Shown here: piece by piece, positions 1 through 9,342 of the stretch
Position numbering within the stretch: the stretch's first letter is position 1
Layout: each line of letters begins with the position of its first letter
Assembly: GCF_041737375.1 (NCBI RefSeq)
Contig: NZ_JBGSRV010000008.1
Location: forward strand, 10,648-74,647
Reading direction: 5' to 3'
Source of the DNA: Vampirovibrio sp.
Lineage (GTDB): Bacteria > Cyanobacteriota > Vampirovibrionia > Vampirovibrionales > Vampirovibrionaceae
DNA: 64,000 nt
Made by a program: the position numbers and the translations under genes
The notes under the pieces: generated by a model
What the model saw: the letters and a program-made list of their open reading frames with translations, nothing else
What the model was told of the DNA's origin: nothing
The model's database searches: none

Positions 1-486
1 AGGCGGAGTAGCTGATTAATTGAGGCTGAAACGCACTCAGTGCCAAGGCTATGAGGCCCACGCTCCGGCTAAACAGCCGCTGGCCCAGCAAGTAGATTAA
101 AACCATGATCAGTCCGCTCAGCACCAGGTTTAAGGTCCACACTGGCCAATAAGCGCTGCCAAACACCGCTCTGCAAAATGCCAGCAATACAATAATGCCC
201 GGATGCTTGTCGATGTTGTTGAAGGCGAAATCTCCACCCGCAATGGGTTCGGCGTGGTTCCAATAAACGGCGTAGTCACTGATGGGATCGGGTTGGGTTC
301 CCACAATCCAGCTCAGCCTTAAAATCAACCCGATGAGTAAAAGCAGCCACGCCCACCGGCTTGGCTTGCCCAGCCGGAAAGATTGAACGGCTTGCCCGCC
401 CAGTATTAACGATACGGCAAAGCCTGCCAGATAGAGAATGGCGGTGAATAGAATGCCTTCAAACCCGTTGAGCCAGAAATCGCCCA
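1..486 (-). CDS. Polytopic membrane protein, N-terminal part only; the gene runs off the window start. Possibly a GT-C/ArnT/PMT-like glycosyltransferase partner of the adjacent GT2 gene.
   Basis: Reverse strand has ATG at 486-484 and an open frame to position 1 that the ORF track does not list. The translation MGDFWLNGFEGILFTAILYLAGFAV... is very hydrophobic. Its start lies 3 nt after the stop of the upstream GT2 gene, which suggests one operon. Confidence 0.5.
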
Positions 487-489
487 TCG

Positions 490-1279
490 TTAACCCTGAT
501 CGTACGCGCCTGTCGCGCTACGCCGAACCAGATTTAAAGAGCGAACCACGGTGCGCGCAATCTTGATTTTGGAGGTGCTGACTTTTTGGTCGTAACGCAA
601 AATCATGGGAACTTCGCAAAATAGGGCGCCCAGTTTGTTGAGCTTGATAATAATTTCGGCCATACAGGCAAAACCGGTTTCGGTGATAAATCGCTCTCCA
701 TATGTGTCAAACGCTTTTTGGAGAATGCTGGTGCGGTACAGTCTGAAGCCGCAGGTATAATCCTTGATGTTGAAAATGGGGGCGGTGGTTCGAAAAATCC
801 AGCTGGAGCCATGACTGAGTAAAGTACGGAACCAGTCCAATCCAACCACTTGAGAGCCGTAGCGATATCGGGAGGCCACCACCACATTGAATCAATCCGG
901 CCATCCGCTCAATCAGGTAAGGACTGTGGGTGCCATCGGAATCCATCACTACAATCATATCGTTCGCTTCCGCTCTGGCCAGTGCAATTGAAAAGCCGGT
1001 TTTAATGGCTTTCCCCAAGCCCTTATTGTAAGTATGTCGCACGATATCAAGGTGGGGAATCTGCGCCTCTTCCAACAATCGCATGGAATCATCGGTGCTT
1101 CCGTCATCCACCACAATGATTTGAAACGGGTAGCGCTGAATGGCCTGAGCAAACAAGGCGCTTAACCCACAAAGCGCCGCTCCCTCATTGTAAGCAGGCA
1201 ACACCACAAGCAGCCGGGGAAGTTTTCCCGACTCGTTTTTTTCAGTGGTTGTGGCTGGCTGGAACGCGATGTTAGTCAT
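490..1279 (-). CDS. GT2-family glycosyltransferase (dolichol-phosphate mannosyltransferase / ArnC-like) with an apparent +1/-1 frameshift near 890-900. Either a pseudogene or a sequencing error.
   Basis: Two overlapping minus-strand ORFs, 707..1279 and 490..885, are the N- and C-terminal halves of one GT2 protein. The N half has LPAYNEG...VVDDGSTDDS...DSDGTHSP. The C half has VVASRYRYGS...TCGFRLYR. The frames switch inside ...AGLIQCGGG / FNVVVASRY. Confidence 0.6.
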
Positions 1280-1340
1280 TGAACTCTTATTTCAAATCAA
1301 AAAGAGGTTATGTGCAAGTGAATTAATAAAAATTGAATAT

Positions 1341-1375
1341 AAAAAGCCCCCGCTGGTAAAAGAGGGGGCTTTTTA
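1341..1375. terminator. Bidirectional Rho-independent terminator.
   Basis: The sequence aaaaAGCCCCCgctggtaaaagAGGGGGCTtttt forms a GC stem with A and T runs on either side. It lies between the end of the HEAT gene and the start of the GT2 gene. Confidence 0.75.
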
Positions 1376-1421
1376 AGGGTTGTACTCTACGGTAACAATA
1401 CGGGAGAGCCTTGATTTTGGC

Positions 1422-2279
1422 CTATTTCTGGGCAGCGGTCGCTTTTTTGTAGCTAGCGCCCGGTACTGTTTTCCAGTTGGCAGCCATAATCATTTTGTAG
1501 GCTTTTAATGCGGTATCTTCGATTTCGCCTAGCTCTTCAGCTTTCATAATCAGGTTACGCAGAGGCAGCAATGCTTTGGGATCTTTCAGCATTCCCAGAG
1601 CGGCGCCAGCGCCAGCACGAACCAGATCATTTTCAGCGTCGTTTTCCAGAACGTCAATCAGGTGAGATACAGCACGTTTGTCGCCCAGTTTGCCGAGAGA
1701 TTGTACTGCGTAGATGCGAACGTTGACCCACTCATCAGTCAAAACACTAATCAGTGCGTCCACTGCGGAGGCATCACCCAGTTCGCCCAGGGCGCGGGTT
1801 GCATCGCAACGAACATTCACTTTTTCGTGTGAGAGACTTTCAATTAACGGCGTTACAGCGATGTCGCCAATCTCAATCAGGGCATCAGCGGCGGTCATGC
1901 AAACCTGGCTGTTGCTATCACTGAGGGCTTCCACCAATGGGAGAACGACTTCCACGCCACCGAGACGACCCAGGGCACGAGCGGCACGAACGCGAACATC
2001 CACGTTACGGTCTTCACGAAGAGACTCGATCAATGGAATGGTAGCGCTGATATCACCCAGTTCACCCAAAGCGCGGGCTGCGTAGAGACGAACGGAACCG
2101 TTCTTGTCGTTTTTGAGAACGTCGATTAGCGGCTCAACAGCTGCCATATCGCCCATTTCTCCCAACATGCGGGCCGCATTGTAGCGGGTTTTTTCGGAAG
2201 GACTGTTTTTCAGTTCTTCCAGAAGTTCGTCAAAAGATTTCACTGCTTTTTCTTTTTTGGTGCCGGTAGTAGTTGCCAT
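1422..2279 (-). CDS. HEAT-repeat (PBS-lyase type) protein.
   Basis: About eight repeats of the motif vRxxAAxALGxLGDxxAvxPLIxxL. ATG at 2279 has GGGAGGG about 12 nt upstream. The ORF track extends the frame to a TTG at 2336. Confidence 0.8.
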   Translation of the reverse strand: MATTTGTKKEKAVKSFDELLEELKNSPSEKTRYNAARMLGEMGDMAAVEPLIDVLKNDKNGSVRLYAARALGELGDISATIPLIESLREDRNVDVRVRAARALGRLGGVEVVLPLVEALSDSNSQVCMTAADALIEIGDIAVTPLIESLSHEKVNVRCDATRALGELGDASAVDALISVLTDEWVNVRIYAVQSLGKLGDKRAVSHLIDVLENDAENDLVRAGAGAALGMLKDPKALLPLRNLIMKAEELGEIEDTALKAYKMIMAANWKTVPGASYKKATAAQK

Positions 2280-2956
2280 TTGAAACAATTCCCTCCCGAA
2301 AATGTGACCGTTACATATAAACCTCCTCCCAGACAAGCCTTGACTGGCACTGTCTGCAACTAACTGTTTCTGATTGAGCCCTTTATTGATTTGACCCTTC
2401 AGCTGCTTAAAAAAGATTCAATCAGTTTTTGTGCTAGTTAGAGTGATAAATGTAACGTGATGTAAATGTTCGATAATTGTTCTATTGCTTCCGTAGATTC
2501 AGTATCTTACCACTTTTTGCGTGGTTTGACATGCGAATCCTTTCCGCCCTAAATTGTTACTATTTTCCACACCTCTCTTGACAATCCAAATGACTTGTAA
2601 ATGGACCCCTTTTAGCTAACCATACTTTTTAATATATCTTAACTTGTTTATTTAATAAAATGGAATTAATGCAATTGAATCATATTGAGTTTTATGAATA
2701 TAAATCTATTCTAACGGGTAATGGCTAAATATGTAAATAATAAAATATAAGAAACTTTCAAAAGGCGTAAACAGTCCAAGCTCAGCCCGATCTAAATAAT
2801 TTTATTTTTTAAAAAACATTATTTGATCCCCTTAAAACAAGGTCTGGCGTCAATAGATTTCATGGCTGATTTTTTGCCCGCGTAATCGGTGTACTTGAGA
2901 AGCCACCTCTAATGCTCTAATATCAATCATGAAATCCCAATCAAGAGGTTTTCCCC

Positions 2957-3499
2957 ATGTCTTCCCGTCTCTCCGCTCACCAAAGCAAAGTTCGCCTGAT
3001 TGCCGTCTTTTTATTTACGGTGATGCTGGTCGTGGTCTTTCAGGTGAGCAAAGGGAGCTTTCAACGGGGGGAGGTGGCAGAAGCCAGTCATCAAACTCGC
3101 TTGAGCGATTCGTTTTTTATGGGCTTGCGTCGGGCCACACCTGCTGAAGTGAGAGCAGCCCTGCCTGAGGCAATGGGGAGGCCCGCCCTGATTGCTTTTA
3201 CCTCTCGTTTTTGTCACGATTGTCAGCGAATGACGCCGGTTCTATCGGGCTTGATGCCCAAACACGCCAATGTGTATTACCGCAAAATTGATGTGCTGGA
3301 AGAACAAAAAAAGTACCCGGCCATTATGCGTACCTTTAAGCCGGTTTCTGTGCCGTTGCTGGTTTTTATTAGCCCCCAAGGCGAAATTCAGAATGTACTG
3401 TACAACTACCAAAAGCCAGAATCGCTTGCGGCGGCCCTGCGTCAACTGGAATCTCAGCCGGTAGCGGCTCCTCCTTCCTCAAAAAAGGTCAAAAAATAA
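2957..3499 (+). CDS. Thioredoxin-like protein with an N-terminal membrane anchor and a C-H-D-C redox motif (ResA/TlpA-like).
   Basis: N-terminal TM helix, then FTSRFCHDCQRMTP (CxxC). AAGAGG ribosome-binding site at 2943. CcdA follows immediately. Confidence 0.7.
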   Translation: MSSRLSAHQSKVRLIAVFLFTVMLVVVFQVSKGSFQRGEVAEASHQTRLSDSFFMGLRRATPAEVRAALPEAMGRPALIAFTSRFCHDCQRMTPVLSGLMPKHANVYYRKIDVLEEQKKYPAIMRTFKPVSVPLLVFISPQGEIQNVLYNYQKPESLAAALRQLESQPVAAPPSSKKVKK

Positions 3500-3536
3500 G
3501 TCACACCCCACCCTGAAGATTTTTATCTGAATCCCC

Positions 3537-4253
3537 ATGCCTGATTTACAGTCCACATTTTTGAGTTTGTTAAACAGCCATTCTTACATGGTGCTGGTTT
3601 TGGCTTTTGCGGGCGGGGTGATGAGTTCCCTGTTGCCCTGTACGGTGGGCATGTTGCCTGTGCTGGTGGGCTATGTGGGCGGCTACACGGAAACCAGTAA
3701 GCTGGCTATTTTAAGGCAGATCCTTTTGTTTATGACCGGCTTTGCCCTGGTAATGACCGCACTGGGCATTGTGGCCAGCCTGTTAGGCACCGCCATGGCC
3801 GCTTTGGTGGGTTCGGGCTGGTATTACTTTTTGGGAGGGCTGGCCATTGTCATGGGTCTGCAATTGCTGGAAGTCATTCAATTGCCCCTGCCTCAATTTG
3901 TGACCCGCTTGCCCGACAGCAGCTCCGGCCGGTGGCTAGCGCCTATTGCGCTAGGGGCAGCCTTTGGGGCTGCCTCTTCTCCGTGTGGTACGCCCTTTTT
4001 AACGGCTATTCTGGGCTTTATCAGCCGAGAGAAAAACTGGGCGCTGGGCGGGGCCAGCTTGTTCAGTTACGCTTTTGGGCAATCCATGTTGTTGTTGGTG
4101 GTGGGCTTGTTTACCGGCTTAATCAAGCAAATGGCTCTGTTTCGACAAGTGGGAACCGTTATTACCAAGTTAAGCGCTTTGGTGTTTATATTGGGCGGTG
4201 GCTTACTGATTGCGCAAGCCGCCGGTTGGCTGGATTTGTTTGCCTTCTTTTAA
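3537..4253 (+). CDS. ccdA: Cytochrome c-type biogenesis protein CcdA (DsbD transmembrane domain family).
   Basis: Multi-TM protein with the two conserved cysteines, LLPCTVGMLPVLVGY and ASSPCGTPFL. Confidence 0.8.
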   Translation: MPDLQSTFLSLLNSHSYMVLVLAFAGGVMSSLLPCTVGMLPVLVGYVGGYTETSKLAILRQILLFMTGFALVMTALGIVASLLGTAMAALVGSGWYYFLGGLAIVMGLQLLEVIQLPLPQFVTRLPDSSSGRWLAPIALGAAFGAASSPCGTPFLTAILGFISREKNWALGGASLFSYAFGQSMLLLVVGLFTGLIKQMALFRQVGTVITKLSALVFILGGGLLIAQAAGWLDLFAFF

Positions 4254-4305
4254 ACTGTATTGTGACTGTAAATTGTATTGTGATTGACGCTTCAGGTTTT
4301 TAAAA

Positions 4306-4866
4306 ATGATTCGAGTATCCAGTGGCAAGTATCGGGGGCGCAGTGTCGACTCTCCGCCTCGCAGCAAGCAAATTCGCCCAACCACGTCTTTGATGAGGGA
4401 AAGCCTGTTTAACAAGTTTCAGATGCAGTTGCCGGGGTGCCGGTTTCTGGATTTATTTGCCGGTTCAGGCATTATGAGCTTGGAGGCCTTAAGCCGAGGG
4501 GCTGCTTTTGTTTTGGCTATTGAAATGGATACTGATCAATGCCGGGTGATTCGTAAAAATTTCGCGCACATTGGGCTGACTGAAGCCGAAGTGAAGGTAG
4601 TGCCTTGCGATGCCCAAGGGCTGATGAAGAAACAGTGTCGCCAAGAGCCATTTGATTTTGTGTTTATGGACCCGCCCTATGGATTTAAAGCACTTCCCGA
4701 ACTGGTTACGCTTTGTTATAACAATGGATGGTTAAAACCGGGTGGTGTTATTATTGTAGAGCACGGAACCCGAGACCCGGAACTGGTTGGATTTACCCGC
4801 AAATTATACGGAGATACCGCTATTTCCATCAAAGCGTTTGAGACTGGGACTTCCCACGATGCTTAA
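4306..4866 (+). CDS. rsmD: 16S rRNA (guanine966-N2)-methyltransferase RsmD.
   Basis: SGKYRGR...RPTTSLMRESLFN...LDLFAGSGIMSLEALSRGA...FVFMDPPY are the RsmD signature motifs. Confidence 0.85.
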   Translation: MIRVSSGKYRGRSVDSPPRSKQIRPTTSLMRESLFNKFQMQLPGCRFLDLFAGSGIMSLEALSRGAAFVLAIEMDTDQCRVIRKNFAHIGLTEAEVKVVPCDAQGLMKKQCRQEPFDFVFMDPPYGFKALPELVTLCYNNGWLKPGGVIIVEHGTRDPELVGFTRKLYGDTAISIKAFETGTSHDA

Positions 4867-5107
4867 GCGAACCTTTTTATCCTCAACTGTTTCTGTCAAT
4901 ACTCTGCCCGACTAAATGAGCGACCCTACATGGATAATTGTAATTAGTAGAATGCTTCAGTTTAATTAAATAGTCTATTTTTTCAGCTTTATAGGCACTT
5001 TAGCATTGAAGGACGGCTCACGAATATATCGGCAAGAATCTCAGGTCAGTAAACGCTGTGTTTTGGCTGTTGAATAGCAGCAATAAAATAATAAGGAGCT
5101 TTTGGGT

Positions 5108-6481
5108 ATGCCGTTGGATCTGGATCAACGCAAACTGTTTGGACTGGAGTACTGGGTTAAACATTGGTATCGCTACGGGTTGTGTTTCGATCGTTATTCC
5201 CGCCTTCTTCAACAAACAGCGGCTTTTTCGCCTCAGGCCCTTCAGGCTTTTCAAAACCAGCACCTAAAGCGTATGGTTGGTGCGGCCTATCGTGATATTC
5301 CTTACTATCGAGATTTGTTTTCGGATTTAAAGCTGAAGCCGGAAGCGATTCAAACCGCAGCCGATTTGACAAAACTGCCCTACCTCACCAAAGAATTGGT
5401 GGTGGCAAACTTTGATAAGCTGGTATCGGTCAAGAAGCGTAATTTTTTGTGCAAAGTGGCTAAAACCAGCGGCACTACCGGAAGTCCCGCCCAGTTTATT
5501 CGCAGTTTCAATTCCATTAACTTTGAGAATGCGGCCGTATGGCGGCAATGGAAAACAGGGGGCGATCAAGGCGGCAAGCGTCGCATTACCCTGCGTGGAG
5601 AAGTGGTTGTTCCCATGAGTCAGTCAAAACCGCCTTTCTGGCGGTTTAATCCGGCCAATCAGGAATTGCTGATGTGTGGCTTTCACTTGAATGAAAATAC
5701 CTTTGAGGCCTACCTGCAAAAAATAATGGCCTTTCAGCCTCAAATTCTGTCTTCGTATCCTTCTAACGCTTATGCGCTGGCCAAATATTTTCGGCAGCAT
5801 AAAATCAGTTATCGCTTTGATGCGGTGTTTACCTCTTCTGAAACCTTATCGCCTGGGGTCAGGCAATTTATTGAGGAAACCTTTCAAACCCGTGTGTACG
5901 ATTGGTACGGGCAGGCCGAGCGGGTGGCGGCCATTGGCCATTGCCCCAAGGGGACTTACCACATTCAGGAAGATTACTCGCTGGTGGAGTTATCCCCCAT
6001 GGGCCAGAATTTTGAAATTGTGGGGACGCACCTTTTTAACGAGGTAATGCCTTTGATTCGCTATAAAACCGGAGATTTGGTAAAGGCGAACCCCGAGCAG
6101 TCTTGTGACTGTGGTAGTCATTTTCGTACGGTGGCATCCATCGATGGGCGCTCTTGCGATTATATTTTGACCCCGGAAGGCTACCGGATTTCGGCGGCCA
6201 ACCATATTTTTCATGGGGTGGAAAACGTGTTGGAAGGCCAGCTTTATCAGGACAACAGGGATTGCCTGATTATTAAAGTGGTGGCTGCTTCTGGTTTTAC
6301 AGAGCATGATCGGGCTGAACTGATTCGCAATGCCCGAGAAAACACATCGGAACGCATGAAGATTGTGGTGGAAGAGGTTGACCATATTCGACGAGCGCCC
6401 AATGGCAAGTTTCAAAGCATCGTCAGCCGTTTGCCCCTAGACCACAACGGCCCCCCGGAAACATTGGCTTCTCCCGCCTGA
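5108..6481 (+). CDS. Phenylacetate-CoA ligase family adenylate-forming enzyme (CapK / F390-synthetase like).
   Basis: KTSGTTGSPAQF P-loop and length match this family. AAGGAG ribosome-binding site 9 nt before ATG 5108. The ORF track starts at TTG 5102. Confidence 0.7.
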   Translation: MPLDLDQRKLFGLEYWVKHWYRYGLCFDRYSRLLQQTAAFSPQALQAFQNQHLKRMVGAAYRDIPYYRDLFSDLKLKPEAIQTAADLTKLPYLTKELVVANFDKLVSVKKRNFLCKVAKTSGTTGSPAQFIRSFNSINFENAAVWRQWKTGGDQGGKRRITLRGEVVVPMSQSKPPFWRFNPANQELLMCGFHLNENTFEAYLQKIMAFQPQILSSYPSNAYALAKYFRQHKISYRFDAVFTSSETLSPGVRQFIEETFQTRVYDWYGQAERVAAIGHCPKGTYHIQEDYSLVELSPMGQNFEIVGTHLFNEVMPLIRYKTGDLVKANPEQSCDCGSHFRTVASIDGRSCDYILTPEGYRISAANHIFHGVENVLEGQLYQDNRDCLIIKVVAASGFTEHDRAELIRNARENTSERMKIVVEEVDHIRRAPNGKFQSIVSRLPLDHNGPPETLASPA

Positions 6482-6606
6482 AAAGATGTTTTCCTCATGG
6501 CTTAAGCCCATGAGGTAGTGTATTGCTTTCATATTTGGGCAACCTGAGCGATAGAACCGGGCAGGTTCGCTTGCTACACTCTGTAAAAACAGAGAGGAAT
6601 CGTTTT

Positions 6607-7866
6607 ATGGTGCTTGAAAAAGATCCTATTAACGTCAACCGCCCAGCCGGTGCTAAACCGGGCCAGCCTATGGCGTCAAAAAAAAAGCCAGCCCTCATTG
6701 CGTTGATTGTTATTTTATTATTACTGGTGGCCATTGAAACCGGAATTATTGTGGCCCAAAGTCAGGCCAATAAGCGCATTGAAGCTCAGTCTGAGCAAGC
6801 CTTGAGCCAGTTCTTGAAATCGGGCGAACAACCGGCCACCGGTAGCGGTACCGATTTGCTGATGCAAAACGTTCGCTTTTGCTGGTCCCGGCAAATTTGC
6901 ATTAACACCCCTCGGCTTACCGCAACCGCTGTGCCGATGGGTCAGCAATCTCTGGTGAATTTTGATACGCTGAATGGCTTTATGGTTCGGGTTCGCAATG
7001 CCACGGTGCAAATTAGTCCACAAACCCTGCAAGGCATGTTTAACGAAAGCGTTTTCAACTATCCTGGCTCCAATTTACGGGATTTAACCGTGGGCATTCA
7101 GCAAGCTGGCCCCCAAAATTTAGTGCGGCTAAATGGTAGCCTGAAATATTTATTTCTGTGGATTCCATTTGAAATGGATACCCGCCTTTCTGTGGATCGC
7201 CCCACCAATACCTTGGTGATTGCCGTCAACAAGCTGAATGTGTTTGGGGTGATTCCGGCCACCTGGCTGATTGAATTCAAACCCTTTAACCTGCAAAAAC
7301 TACTCACCCTGCCCGCCAATCGTCACCTTACGATTAGCGGGAATTTAATGCGAGTAAAGCCCTTTGGCTTGTTTCCGCCCCCTCGGGTGGATGGTCGTAT
7401 TGCTGATATTACAGTAACCCCCCAGTTGATTAGCCTGCGCTTTGCAGGCACAGAACCCGATTTTCAAACCCTGCCTAGGCAATCCGGGCCTAACCGGGTT
7501 TATCTGGAAGGGGGCAGTACCCGGTTTGGCAAATTGGGAATGATTAATACCCAAATTCAGGTCATCGATCAAAATCCGGGCAACCTGTTTCAGCTTTCAT
7601 TGCTGAACTACAAAGCGTTCTTGCCCCAAAGCGATGTCAAACTGTTAGCCGATGGTTCGGTTACCGTGGTTATGCCCGATCACCCCACCCCTGCGGGAGC
7701 GGCTTTAAAACCTCAGCCTTCCGCCTCGGCAGCGGGCCAAGCCACTCCTCAAAAAGTGGAATCTGCCCAGCAGGCCGGAAAAGAAACCCCCAAGGCCGGT
7801 GAAAATAAGTTGAAAGCGAAAATCAATCAAGCAAAAAACAAAGTAAAAGACGTGTTGGGATTATAA
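6607..7866 (+). CDS. Hypothetical membrane-anchored, probably periplasmic, protein with a Lys-rich C-terminus.
   Basis: AGAGAGGA ribosome-binding site before ATG 6607. Single N-terminal TM (ALIALIVILLLLVAI), then a roughly 380-aa soluble domain. No recognisable motif. Confidence 0.5.
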   Translation: MVLEKDPINVNRPAGAKPGQPMASKKKPALIALIVILLLLVAIETGIIVAQSQANKRIEAQSEQALSQFLKSGEQPATGSGTDLLMQNVRFCWSRQICINTPRLTATAVPMGQQSLVNFDTLNGFMVRVRNATVQISPQTLQGMFNESVFNYPGSNLRDLTVGIQQAGPQNLVRLNGSLKYLFLWIPFEMDTRLSVDRPTNTLVIAVNKLNVFGVIPATWLIEFKPFNLQKLLTLPANRHLTISGNLMRVKPFGLFPPPRVDGRIADITVTPQLISLRFAGTEPDFQTLPRQSGPNRVYLEGGSTRFGKLGMINTQIQVIDQNPGNLFQLSLLNYKAFLPQSDVKLLADGSVTVVMPDHPTPAGAALKPQPSASAAGQATPQKVESAQQAGKETPKAGENKLKAKINQAKNKVKDVLGL

Positions 7867-7883
7867 GCCGATGGTTTTTGCTT

Positions 7884-9047
7884 TTAGGCTGGTAAATAGG
7901 CGCTTTCCACGGCAGTTCGCATAAAGCGCTCAAAAATATAGTTTGCATCATGCGGGCCGGGGCTGGCTTCCGGGTGAAATTGCACACTCATGACCGGGGC
8001 GTGAAGATGGCGGAAGCCCTCGATGGATTGATCGTTCAGGTTAATGTGGGTTACGGCCAGCCGGTCAGTGGGAAACTGGTCAAATTCTACGCAATAGCCG
8101 TGATTTTGACTGGTGATAAACACCTTATCCAGCTCCAGATCTTTAACCGGGTGATTACCGCCATGGTGGCCAAATCGCATTTTGGAAACCTTGGCCCCGC
8201 AGGCAATGCCCAAAATTTGATGCCCCAGACAGATGCCGAAGGTGGGCACCCCACTTTCCACCAATTGCTGGGCGGTTTTCACGGCCTCATGCAACACGGC
8301 AGGATCACCGGGGCCATTGGACAGTAAAACTCCCAGCGGCTGATGGCTCATGATTTGCTCAAAATTACTGTGGGCGGGCAATACCACCAGTTCTTCCACA
8401 TACTGTTGCAGGTAGTGCAAAATACTGGCCTTAATGCCATAGTCCATCACCACCAGTGTTTGAACCCGCAGCGCACACACGGGAGATTCCGTTTTAATCA
8501 CATAGGGTGCCGGGGTAGTCACCTGGCTAATCATATCCAGTTCATCAAACCCCGGTTGGGCTTGAACCTGTTTTAAAAAGTCCGCATTGGAAAGGGCCTG
8601 AGTGGTAATGCCCGCCTTCATGCTGCCCTTTTCCCGGATTTTTCGGGTAATGGCCCGAGTATCCACCCCTTCAATGCCCACAATCTGGTTTTTTACCAAA
8701 AACTCCTGCAGGGAAAACTCGGAGCGCCAAGAGCTGGTGAATGGGCTTAATCGGCTTACCACAAAGCCAATGGCGTTAATCCGGGCGGATTCAAAATCCC
8801 CGGAGTTGATGCCATAGTTGCCAATTTCGGGGTGGGTCATCAGCACAATTTGTCCCCGGTAGCTGGGATCGGTGAGGATTTCCTGATAACCGGTGGCAGA
8901 GGTATTAAAAACCAGCTCCCCAAAGGTGGTGCCAGAAACACCAATGCACTGGCCCTCGTAAACACTGCCATCTTCCAGCATTAAGCGGGCGGATACGGTG
9001 GTAGGGGTCGCAGGGGGCTGAGAGGATGAGTTGGCAAGCTCTGACAT
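7884..9047 (-). CDS. carA: Carbamoyl-phosphate synthase small (glutamine amidotransferase) subunit.
   Basis: ASSQPPATPTTVSARLMLEDGSVYEG at the N-terminus. GICLGHQ catalytic Cys and FHPEASPGPHD at the C-terminus. Start trimmed to MSELANS (ATG at 9047-9045); the ORF track extends to 9293. Confidence 0.9.
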   Translation of the reverse strand: MSELANSSSQPPATPTTVSARLMLEDGSVYEGQCIGVSGTTFGELVFNTSATGYQEILTDPSYRGQIVLMTHPEIGNYGINSGDFESARINAIGFVVSRLSPFTSSWRSEFSLQEFLVKNQIVGIEGVDTRAITRKIREKGSMKAGITTQALSNADFLKQVQAQPGFDELDMISQVTTPAPYVIKTESPVCALRVQTLVVMDYGIKASILHYLQQYVEELVVLPAHSNFEQIMSHQPLGVLLSNGPGDPAVLHEAVKTAQQLVESGVPTFGICLGHQILGIACGAKVSKMRFGHHGGNHPVKDLELDKVFITSQNHGYCVEFDQFPTDRLAVTHINLNDQSIEGFRHLHAPVMSVQFHPEASPGPHDANYIFERFMRTAVESAYLPA

Positions 9048-9342
9048 GGGAACCTCACACAGACGGATTGACTGAAAAATCGGAACGGGTTTGACGCTAC
9101 AAACCCTGAGCTGGTGAAAAAGCTTACAGTAACCGAATAGCAGCGCTGGCTTCGGTGACAAAGTATTACAAATTGCTTGTGGAACATTATTACAGGAAGA
9201 TAGAATTTGACCAACTGAGTGGCGGGAATCGCTGGATAAATTTGTTACGGTGCTGGTGAAGCATTCCATCCACTCTGGACTGACTGCAGTCACTCAAGCA
9301 TGCCCCTTATTTTACGCACCCAAGTCTGGAGAGCTTTTTCCC

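Noticed and set aside
1714-2085. 123-aa plus-strand ORF rich in Arg, Ser and Thr.
   Set aside because: It is antisense to the well-supported HEAT-repeat gene.
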